Shown here: piece by piece, positions 8,437-16,685 of the stretch | Numbering within the stretch: position 1 is the stretch's first letter | Layout of the letters: the number at the start of each line of letters is the position of its first letter | NCBI GenBank assembly: GCA_018660465.1 | Contig: JABJKH010000041.1 | Location: 6,650 to 70,649, forward strand | Reading direction: 5' to 3' | Length of the DNA stretch: 64,000 nt | From: Rhodospirillaceae bacterium | GTDB taxonomy: Bacteria; Pseudomonadota; Alphaproteobacteria; Rhodospirillales; JABJKH01 | Notes under the pieces: model-generated | Seen by the model: the letters and a program-made list of their open reading frames with translations, nothing else | Told to the model about the DNA's origin: nothing | Database searches by the model: none | Translations under genes and position numbers: made by a program

Positions 8437-11400
8437 ATGAAAGACGACGACACAAAAAATTTTGAGATTCTAGAGAACAGCCCTATGGGCGTTGCCGTCG
8501 TCTCTCATGCGGATACAGACACCCGCCTGACCGGCGAACGATTGTTCATTAATGACGCACTCGTCAAAATGTATGGGGCAACATCACGCGAGAACTTCCA
8601 GAACGCTGAAATCGCTAAAAGTTGGGTTGACCTCAAACAGTTACGCGCTGTTGAGGAGGTTATGAAAAGGCGCGAAGACCTCGTTGATTTCGAGGCACGT
8701 CAGCGGCGGATCGATGGAACGGAGTGGTGGGTTTCAATGAATTCGCGCCCGATCCAATTTGGTGGCCGCGATTGCACCATGATCTGGCATTTCGATATCA
8801 CGCGTCGAAAGCAGGCGGAGTTAGACTTACAAAAATCACGCGACGAAGTGCAGATGCGTGTGGAGAAACGTTTCAGCTCCCTCTTGGATGGCTCAAACCA
8901 AGGTATTCTTATCCATCGCAATCGGGTCCCCTTATACGCCAATCCAATGTTGGCGGAAATGTATGGGTATTCGTCTCCAGAAGAAATTATGGCATTGGAG
9001 TCTACGGAAGTATTGACCCACCCATCGTATGAACGGGGCACTCACGAACTCAGAATTAACGGAGAGGACGTCGCAGCGGACTTCCAAACCAAAGGTCTGC
9101 GAAAAGACGGTTCGGAGTTTTGGGAGGAGCGCCGGTCATTTACCTTGGATTGGGAAGGTGAACCTGCTGTTTGTTCTATGCGATTAGACATCACCAAAAA
9201 GAAAGAGACCGAAGATCAGTTTTATAATGCGGTTCAAAGTTTATCGGAAGGCTTCGCATATTTTAATTCGGACGATCACCTGGTTATCTGGAACGAACAG
9301 TTTAGAAAGCGTCACTTCGGGCAAAACAAAACCCTTGAACCTGGAATCAGCTTTGAGGATTTATTCCGCGACAGGGTTGCTTCAGGGCTCGTTCCCAGCG
9401 CAGCCGGACGAGAAGAAGACTTTATCAAAGAGCGCATGGAACACCACAACAACCCCGGAGAACCGTTCATTAATATGCACGCCGACGGCACATGCATTTT
9501 GATTAATGAAGAAAAAACACCAGATGGGGGAACCGTCTTTACATCACACGACATAACCGATCAGAGAAATACCGAAGAGGCCATGCGGGTAAGTGAGGCG
9601 CGCCTCAAAAACATTCTCGATAATTCTCCAACACCTATATATTTCAAAGATACAGAAAGCCGAATCCAACTCGTTAATCGACAATTTGAAGAAACTTACG
9701 GTGTTCGCTGGGAAGATATTAAGGGAAAATCACCGGTGGATATGTATCCAGGTGAAAAAGGAGAACGGTTCCTCGAATTTGATATGGAGGTCCTAAAACA
9801 ACAAGAAACAATTAAGCAGGAAGAAGAAATTGACGGCAAAACATACGCCACTTCAAAGTTTCCAGTCTTTGACATTGATGGCGAACTCATTGGATTGGGC
9901 GGTGTTGAAATGGACATCACCGAACGCAAGCAAGCAGAGAAAAAAGTTCAAGACAGTGAGGCGCAATTTAGGGCGTTCATCGAGAACAGTCCGGCGCGGA
10001 TCATCTTAAAAGATACAAACCAGCGATATCTTCTCGCTAACAAAGCCTACACCGACGTTTTTGGTCGCAACGAAGAAGAGTTTGTCGGGAAAAAGTCAAG
10101 TGAACTTTCCTGGGTTTCAAAGGAAGCCGTCGAAACCAATGAACAAGCTGATGGTAAGGTACTTGAACACGGGGAAACTATTAGACTTGAAAGAGTAAAC
10201 GACCCCGGAGAGATCACAGAGAGTCACTGGAATATCACGAAGTTTCCGGTTGCAAATGAGTTAGGTGAGATTACCGGTATCGGCGGGATCGCGATCGATG
10301 TTACGGAAAAGAAAAAGGCCGAGCTATTACTTCAGCTTAGTGAAAATCGCTTTCGGGACTATGGCACGATTGCCTCTGACTGGTTCTGGGAAATGGATAA
10401 GAACCTGCGGTTTAGCTATTTTTCGAATCGGTTTGCCGACATCAGCGGCATTTCGCCCAACGATCTTCTTGGCAAAACCCGTCGCGACTCGGGTCTTGAT
10501 GGGAATGATGACGCCGTTATGCAGAATATAGCGGACTTGAAAGCGCATCGCCCCTTTAGGGACTTTGAACATTCCAGAACCTTACCCGACGGACACACTG
10601 TCTATATGTCGACGTCAGGCGTGCCTGTTTTTGATGCCGACGGTGAATTTCAAGGGTACAGAGGAACAGGACGAGATGTCACGGAGCAGAAGGTTGCTGA
10701 AATCGTGCTCGATCAAGCGAAGCAAGAGGCCGATGAAGCCAACCGCGCGAAGTCTGACTTTTTATCCTCCATGAGCCACGAACTCCGCACACCCCTAAAT
10801 GCAATTTTAGGCTTTAGTCAGTTGTTGGCAACAGACCCAGACTCGCCCTTGTCAGAAGCCCAGAAAATATCCTTGAATTATATTTCCAAGGGCGGTCATC
10901 ACCTTTTAGTTTTGATCGATGATGTGCTCGACCTGGCGAAGATCGAGTCAGGAAAGGTAGAGTATTCAATTGAGGATGTAGTCGTAGATCGTGTTTATAA
11001 AGACTGCCTGCCCCTTGTCGACGTAAAAGCCAAGGAACGAGGCATCACAATTACTTCCAATTCATCGGCCTCGGAAAAATTGGTTGTCCGCGCCGATCAC
11101 ACCCGCTTCAAGCAAATTTTTCTAAACCTTCTGTCGAACGCGGTTAAATACAATAAAAAGAATGGCACGGTATCGGTCTCTTTTGATCGCACGCCCGAAG
11201 GCATGTTGCGCACGAGCATCCAAGATACAGGCATTGGCATTTCGAAAAAGAACCACAAGGAATTATTCAAACCGTTCAATCGCCTCGGCCAAGAAACAAC
11301 GGAAACCGAAGGAACCGGAATTGGCTTGGTTGTAACCAAACAGCTGGTCACGGAAATGGGCGGCAACATTGGCTTCGAAAGCAAAGCCCACAAGGGAAGC

Positions 11401-11868
11401 ACCTTTTGGTTTGAACTCCCCCTATCTGAAGACGCAATGTCCAAGGTAAAAACAAGTGACCAAGAGAATGAAGCAATCAAAATTAAGGAACTCTCAGGAA
11501 AAGTCCTCTACGTAGAAGACAATCCGGCAAACCTGGACCTCATGGAAATGATCATTTCCCGCGTTGAGGACCTAAGCATGATTTCCACCCACACTGCCGA
11601 ATTGGGCTTGGATTTGGCCAAATTGGAGAACCCCGACGTCATCATCATGGACATTAATCTGCCGGGAATGGACGGATTCGAAGCACTTGCGAAGCTCCGG
11701 GTTATGAACTGCACTCTCAAAACACCGGTTATCGCCCTGTCCGCCAACGCGACCAAGCGCGATATAGCGGTCGGGCACGAAGCCGGGTTTTATGACTACC
11801 TAACAAAACCCGTCGATATTAATGCTGTCCTTGGCGCAATTAAGTCAGCTTTGGGTACGCCTGCGTGA
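8437..11868 (+). CDS. Multi-PAS hybrid sensor histidine kinase with C-terminal receiver
   Basis: 1143 aa with repeated PAS/PAC-like blocks (D.T.RK.AE junctions). It has the H-box SHELRTPLNAILGF, N/G boxes (LLSNAVKYN, GTGIGL) and a receiver (VLYVEDNPANL ... DINLPGMDG ... ALSANA). Confidence 0.9.
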   Translation: MKDDDTKNFEILENSPMGVAVVSHADTDTRLTGERLFINDALVKMYGATSRENFQNAEIAKSWVDLKQLRAVEEVMKRREDLVDFEARQRRIDGTEWWVSMNSRPIQFGGRDCTMIWHFDITRRKQAELDLQKSRDEVQMRVEKRFSSLLDGSNQGILIHRNRVPLYANPMLAEMYGYSSPEEIMALESTEVLTHPSYERGTHELRINGEDVAADFQTKGLRKDGSEFWEERRSFTLDWEGEPAVCSMRLDITKKKETEDQFYNAVQSLSEGFAYFNSDDHLVIWNEQFRKRHFGQNKTLEPGISFEDLFRDRVASGLVPSAAGREEDFIKERMEHHNNPGEPFINMHADGTCILINEEKTPDGGTVFTSHDITDQRNTEEAMRVSEARLKNILDNSPTPIYFKDTESRIQLVNRQFEETYGVRWEDIKGKSPVDMYPGEKGERFLEFDMEVLKQQETIKQEEEIDGKTYATSKFPVFDIDGELIGLGGVEMDITERKQAEKKVQDSEAQFRAFIENSPARIILKDTNQRYLLANKAYTDVFGRNEEEFVGKKSSELSWVSKEAVETNEQADGKVLEHGETIRLERVNDPGEITESHWNITKFPVANELGEITGIGGIAIDVTEKKKAELLLQLSENRFRDYGTIASDWFWEMDKNLRFSYFSNRFADISGISPNDLLGKTRRDSGLDGNDDAVMQNIADLKAHRPFRDFEHSRTLPDGHTVYMSTSGVPVFDADGEFQGYRGTGRDVTEQKVAEIVLDQAKQEADEANRAKSDFLSSMSHELRTPLNAILGFSQLLATDPDSPLSEAQKISLNYISKGGHHLLVLIDDVLDLAKIESGKVEYSIEDVVVDRVYKDCLPLVDVKAKERGITITSNSSASEKLVVRADHTRFKQIFLNLLSNAVKYNKKNGTVSVSFDRTPEGMLRTSIQDTGIGISKKNHKELFKPFNRLGQETTETEGTGIGLVVTKQLVTEMGGNIGFESKAHKGSTFWFELPLSEDAMSKVKTSDQENEAIKIKELSGKVLYVEDNPANLDLMEMIISRVEDLSMISTHTAELGLDLAKLENPDVIIMDINLPGMDGFEALAKLRVMNCTLKTPVIALSANATKRDIAVGHEAGFYDYLTKPVDINAVLGAIKSALGTPA

Positions 11869-11918
11869 TTAATTCTAGGCTTGAATTTACAGCCTGAGAA
11901 CACACCCAGTATTCCTCC

Positions 11919-12365
11919 CTAACTTAAATCCTCCAACACCTCGTCCGGATGCTGCTCCGGATCAGGCTTGGTGTAAGTCTTTACCACCTTCCCATCCGGC
12001 CCGATGAGCACAGATGCCCGTGTGGCCTTTTCCTGATCCGCCGTTTCAGCCGCACCATAGGCCATGGCAATAGATCGGTCAGCGTCACATAGAAGCTCCG
12101 CCGTCACGTCCATTTCATCTGCCCAGGTTTTCAGGTCTTCGGGCGTACTGAAGGTAATGCCGACGACTTCTGTGTTCTTGTCTTTAAGGTCTTGGATTCT
12201 ATCACGGAACCCTTTTACTTCCTTCGTTCACCCGCCGCCAAAGGCACGGGGGAAGAACCAGACCAGCACGTTTTTTCCTGCGTAATCAGCTAAGCTTACG
12301 TTTTCCCCATCCTGGTTGGGCAAATTAAAGCCAAGCGCGTCACTTCCAATTTCCGGTAGAGCCAT
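11919..12365 (-). CDS. Bcp/AhpC-TSA peroxiredoxin, predicted selenoprotein (in-frame TGA at 12228-12230 replaces the peroxidatic Cys)
   Basis: The ATG at 12365 opens a frame continuous with the listed 64-aa ORF except for one TGA. The joined product reads ...KNVLVWFFPRAFGGG-U-TKEVKGF...VVGITF..., which matches the Prx FYPKA.TPGCT.E active-site context. Confidence 0.8.
12194..12212 (-). promoter_or_regulatory. Candidate bacterial SECIS hairpin for the peroxiredoxin TGA
   Basis: On the minus-strand RNA the hairpin is GGGUUC-CGUGAUA-GAAUCC: a 6-bp stem with one G-U pair and a 7-nt loop containing GU. It starts 15 nt after the UGA. Confidence 0.35.
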
Positions 12366-12507
12366 CGAATCCTCCTAACTATTTTGCCTTGAATACTAGG
12401 CACTGGACCTAAGTGAAACCAGCCCAAATGTTTTTTGGGAAAAAGGCCCTAAACAGGACCCACTCATCCTTTTTTTCTATCCATCCTTGTTCTAGAATGT
12501 CCTGGCA

Positions 12508-13143
12508 ATGACTTCTTTCCCTGAAAAATTATTGAACGGTTACCGGACGTTTAAGGACGGGCGCTTTGCCCAAGAGCAACCGCTTTATCGTTCCTTGGCG
12601 CAACAGGGCCAAACCCCGGAAACCATGATCATCGCGTGCTGTGATTCACGGGCGGCACCGGACATTATCTTTGGCTCAACGCCGGGGGAGATTTTTGTCG
12701 TCCGCAATGTCGCCAATCTGGTGCCACCGTATGAGCCTGATGATACCTATCATTCAACCTCGGCCGCCTTGGAATTCGCGGTCCAGAGCCTGCGGGTTAA
12801 AAACATCGTGGTGCTGGGCCATGGGCGCTGTGGCGGTATCAACGCTGCCCTGAACCCCGCGTCCGAGCCCCTGTCGCCGGGTGACTTCATCGGCAAATGG
12901 ATGGACCTGATCATGCCGGCGGTCTCTGCCATCGCAGCTAACGACCTCAGCCCGCAAGAGAAACAATTGGAACTGGAACGCGCCGCGGTGCGCCATTCCC
13001 TGGCGAATCTCAGAACCTTCCCCTGCGTCAAAATCCTTGAAGACAAAGACCGCTTGACCCTGCACGGCGCTTGGTTCGATATCGCCGACGGCGATCTATG
13101 GGTAATGGATTCTGAGACTGGCGAATTTTCGCCAACGAGCTAG
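12508..13143 (+). CDS. Beta-class carbonic anhydrase
   Basis: CCDSR and GHGRCGG zinc-ligand motifs (CxDxR ... HxxC). Length is 211 aa. Confidence 0.85.
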   Translation: MTSFPEKLLNGYRTFKDGRFAQEQPLYRSLAQQGQTPETMIIACCDSRAAPDIIFGSTPGEIFVVRNVANLVPPYEPDDTYHSTSAALEFAVQSLRVKNIVVLGHGRCGGINAALNPASEPLSPGDFIGKWMDLIMPAVSAIAANDLSPQEKQLELERAAVRHSLANLRTFPCVKILEDKDRLTLHGAWFDIADGDLWVMDSETGEFSPTS

Positions 13144-13147
13144 GGGT

Positions 13148-14344
13148 ATGAAACTAGCTGAAACGCAATGGCCCGTTGTCTGGGTCGCCTTTGGGGCAGG
13201 CATCATTGCCGCGTCGCACATTGGCAAGCTGCCCCCTGCCCTGCCACAAATCAGCACCGAACTGGAAACAGGCCTGGTCCTTTCTGGCTGGATTGCGTCG
13301 ATGATTTCAACCATGGGATTTGCCCTGGGCCTCGTCGCCGGAGCCCTTGCCGACCGGCTGGGTCAACGGCGGGTCCTGATTTTTGGGCTGATGATGCTAA
13401 CGGCGGGAAGCCTCCTCGGTGCTTTCGCCGAATCCAGCACAATGATGCTGGTGGCGCGGTTTATCGAAGGGCTTGGGTTTACCGCGACCACCATTACCGG
13501 CGGCGCGATCATCGCACGGGCCACCATCGACCAAGACCGAAAATTTGCACTGGGCGTCTGGGCGGCCTATATGCCGATTGGTTTTGCCTGCATGATGATG
13601 TTCGCAGCGCTTATTCTGGATAGCTATGGCTGGCGGGTGTTATGGGGCGTCAGTGCCGCCCTGTCGTTAATTTGGACCGTCATTGTTCTGCGCTCGACGG
13701 CGACATGGCAGTTGAGCCAAATCCGCGCCGTTAATCGAGATTCGATCCTTGGTAATGTGAAGCGCTGTCTGTCCAAGGGTGGTGGCGTCTTGGTGGCTTT
13801 GTGCTTTGGGGTCTATGCGAGCCAGCATATTTCAATGATGAATTGGCTGCCCACCTATATGCTGGAAGTCTACGGCGTCAGCACCCTGATTGCCGCAACC
13901 GTGCCAGCCCTGGTGCTGGCCTTTAACGCGGTTGGAAGCCTCGTCGCCGCCCGCGCCATGGGTCGCGGTTGTCCCATCTGGTTGCTGCTGAGCATCGGTG
14001 CCAGCGGCATGGCGGTGACAGAGATCGGTATTTTCTCCGGCGTGTTACCGGATAGCGTCCGACTCGGCTTGGCATTTATATTTGGCATCTGCGGTGGATT
14101 GATTCCCGCGTCCGCCCTTGCCGCCCCGCCAGTCTACGCACCGACCCCGGCGCTGATTGGGACCATGGGTGGGTTGATGGTCACGGGCACCAACACCGGC
14201 CAGTTGTTTGGCCCCCCTGCCCTCGCCGCCGTCCGCGAAGCCGCCGGTAATTGGGACGGCACACTCTGGCTTCTACTTAGTTTAGCGATTGCGGGGATCG
14301 TCATGGCGTTGCTCTCCCGCCCTCTGGAAAAGCGTGCGTCCTAG
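13148..14344 (+). CDS. MFS transporter
   Basis: 398-aa protein with about 12 hydrophobic segments. It has the MFS loop motif ALADRLGQRRVL between TM2 and TM3. Confidence 0.75.
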   Translation: MKLAETQWPVVWVAFGAGIIAASHIGKLPPALPQISTELETGLVLSGWIASMISTMGFALGLVAGALADRLGQRRVLIFGLMMLTAGSLLGAFAESSTMMLVARFIEGLGFTATTITGGAIIARATIDQDRKFALGVWAAYMPIGFACMMMFAALILDSYGWRVLWGVSAALSLIWTVIVLRSTATWQLSQIRAVNRDSILGNVKRCLSKGGGVLVALCFGVYASQHISMMNWLPTYMLEVYGVSTLIAATVPALVLAFNAVGSLVAARAMGRGCPIWLLLSIGASGMAVTEIGIFSGVLPDSVRLGLAFIFGICGGLIPASALAAPPVYAPTPALIGTMGGLMVTGTNTGQLFGPPALAAVREAAGNWDGTLWLLLSLAIAGIVMALLSRPLEKRAS

Positions 14345-15546
14345 GTTAGTTTCCGCGCGTGCGCCAACAAACGATCAACATCGTCTTCATCATTATAAAG
14401 GTGAAGTGCCAGTCGGATCATGCCGCGGCGGATGGTGTGGATGAAGCCACCTTGAGACAGGTGATCTGATAAACGGCTGATCATCGGGTCTTCGGCTGTA
14501 TCGTGACCTTCGGCACCAAGGTTGCCAATACAAACGATGCTGGCAGTTTGTGGTCCGGCAGGGCCGCCTGGCACCGGCAGACCGAGTCCCAAAAGCCCAT
14601 CGATCAATCGGGCAGCGAGTCCCCCAACATGGGTTTCGATGGTCTGCGTGCCGACACGGTTGAGGATGTCCAAGGTCTTTTCTGCGACAACGACGCCGGG
14701 GTAGTTATAGTTGCCGAGATCAAACCGCCCGGCCGCCGGCATTAAGCGATAGTCCTCTGCTCCAAAGGCGGCTTCATGGGCACCGCCGCCCAGATCGACA
14801 CCGAACCGTGCGAGGTATGCGGGTGTCAGGCGCTCCGCCCATTCGGCACGGCAATACAAAAAACCCATGCCATAGAGCCCGCAGAGGCCTTTTTGAGTCG
14901 ATACCGCAAGGCCATCAACACCAAGCGCCATTACGTCGGTATCCAATATGCCTAACGATTGCACTGCATCGACAAGCAGAAAGATTCCGCGTTCGCGACA
15001 GATCTTTCCGACGGCGGCAACATCGGCGCGAAAGCCCGGCGAGAAGGTCACCGTCGGCATTGTTACAAGCCGCGTTTTCTCATCAATGGCATCGATCAAA
15101 AGTTCTGCATCAATGTGCCCTTCCCGGTGTGGCACGGAACGGACTGAAATGTCCTCGCGCTTGCGTTGGTTAAGCCAGGGATAGACGTTATTGGGGTGTT
15201 CCATCTCCAGGCAAACGACGGCGTTTTCGCCGGCCTGCCAATCAAACGCTGCCGCGATCATGTTCAGCCCTTCGGAAACGTTCTTCGTAAAGGCCACTTC
15301 ATTGGCATCGCTGTTGATCAATTTGGCGAAGGCGCGGCGCGTATCCTCTACAGTTGCGAACAACGCATCCTTATCTGTCAGCCCTGATTGCAGTCCCTCT
15401 AGATGCACGTCCAACGCCGCGCGCGCTGGGCTCGGCAACAGCCCCCGTGTACACGTGCTAAAATACGTCGTCGCTTCGTCCTTGAGGAACAGGGCCTGAG
15501 CGTCCTTCAGGGAGAGTTTTTCCGATGGAAGTGAAATTTTATTCAT
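14341..15546 (-). CDS. Class V aminotransferase-fold PLP enzyme (cysteine desulfurase / selenocysteine lyase-like superfamily)
   Basis: The translation has the class V pattern, including DAVQSLG and a VSTQKGL Lys region. I chose the start at the internal ATG 15546 (MNKISLP...), because the upstream extension looks non-coding. Confidence 0.7.
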   Translation of the reverse strand: MNKISLPSEKLSLKDAQALFLKDEATTYFSTCTRGLLPSPARAALDVHLEGLQSGLTDKDALFATVEDTRRAFAKLINSDANEVAFTKNVSEGLNMIAAAFDWQAGENAVVCLEMEHPNNVYPWLNQRKREDISVRSVPHREGHIDAELLIDAIDEKTRLVTMPTVTFSPGFRADVAAVGKICRERGIFLLVDAVQSLGILDTDVMALGVDGLAVSTQKGLCGLYGMGFLYCRAEWAERLTPAYLARFGVDLGGGAHEAAFGAEDYRLMPAAGRFDLGNYNYPGVVVAEKTLDILNRVGTQTIETHVGGLAARLIDGLLGLGLPVPGGPAGPQTASIVCIGNLGAEGHDTAEDPMISRLSDHLSQGGFIHTIRRGMIRLALHLYNDEDDVDRLLAHARKLT

Positions 15547-15840
15547 GATCCGACCGCACTTTTGGGATGGTTTCAATACTGGAGGCGACAAATTTACACG
15601 AGATATCGCCTCAGCAAAAGTCAGAATACCTCCTCCCGGCAAGGCGTGACGGACATCACATACCGTCCCCTCTAAATTATGCATACTCGCTGCCACGGTG
15701 GGAAATCTTAAGCCATATCGTAAGTCTCACATTTTTTGCTTCACCGATTTTACGGTTTGCAAACGTGTTAAATTTTTGATTTTTTACTCCCATCCAATTT
15801 ATCGAAGACAAAATTTGAATTAAGCATTTTAGAGGACCCA

Positions 15841-16083
15841 ATGAACGTAAATACACCCAAGCAAAACGGAATCGCAGATGAACTCGCCGCTCAAGAAGCC
15901 ATGGAGCGCGAAGAAAGAGACCGCAAGCGCCGCATGCAAATTCGCCGACGACAGAAGCTGGCGGAAGAACATAACAATAGAGAGAAAAATCGAACCCTTT
16001 CCGCCGTCACCAAGGCTTCCTTCTGGCTTCTTATCATCGGCGGTGGCGTTATCGGGATCGGTTGGACGATCGCGTCGCTTTAA
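15841..16083 (+). CDS. Hypothetical small protein with charged N-terminal half and a C-terminal transmembrane helix
   Basis: 80-aa ORF with a KR/E-rich coiled segment followed by FWLLIIGGGVIGIGWTIASL. No family was recognised and the call is weak. Confidence 0.3.
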   Translation: MNVNTPKQNGIADELAAQEAMEREERDRKRRMQIRRRQKLAEEHNNREKNRTLSAVTKASFWLLIIGGGVIGIGWTIASL

Positions 16084-16109
16084 TCGCAACAACACGTGTC
16101 GTTGTCTAT

Positions 16110-16365
16110 CTACGACGCCCCCAAGAATACTGAGTGCACGAAAGCGTTCCCGCCAACTCAACACCGCGGACGCACTTAGATCCGTGACATTCTTATCGAA
16201 CAATCGTTCCTGATAACAATAAGACGCGACCAAGCACCCTGGATGCCCTGTGGGCAGGTCAGCCATCATTTCCGGCAGCAGCTTCAGCCAAATGAGAAAG
16301 CCGTGTAGCGGGTCCTCGTTCAGTTCGTTGGCGCGATCAAAACGCCGCAGCAGATTCTCGGCCAA
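16110..16365 (-). pseudogene. Remnant of a TetR-family regulator (C-terminal ligand-binding domain only)
   Basis: The first ~85 residues of ORF 15829-16365 (LLRRFDRANELNEDPLHGFLIWLKLLPEMMADLPTGHPGCLVASYCYQERLF...) resemble a TetR C-terminal domain. No HTH-encoding N-terminus precedes it and the remainder of the ORF looks like noise. Confidence 0.35.
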
Positions 16366-16685
16366 CTCCCCCTTTATCTTTGAAATGATAGAAGAAGCCG
16401 CTAAGGATCAAGTTTGGGAGTTTTTCATAAAACTTCTAACTTGATCTGCGCTGCGCTCTGACGGAAGTCATAACGAAAGACATAAGACATGTGCACAAAG
16501 GACAGGTTATTGGTATCGAATTTCATTTTTAGACTCTAGCAACCTAAATCACCGCTAAAAATCGTTTGTATTTTCGTTTTGTGGACTCACATGGAGTCAT
16601 TAACAATTCAAAAAGAATGAATGCCGGGCAACGCCCCGGTCCTGGAGTGTGAATAATAATATTTGCATAAGGTGAGGCAACGAAA

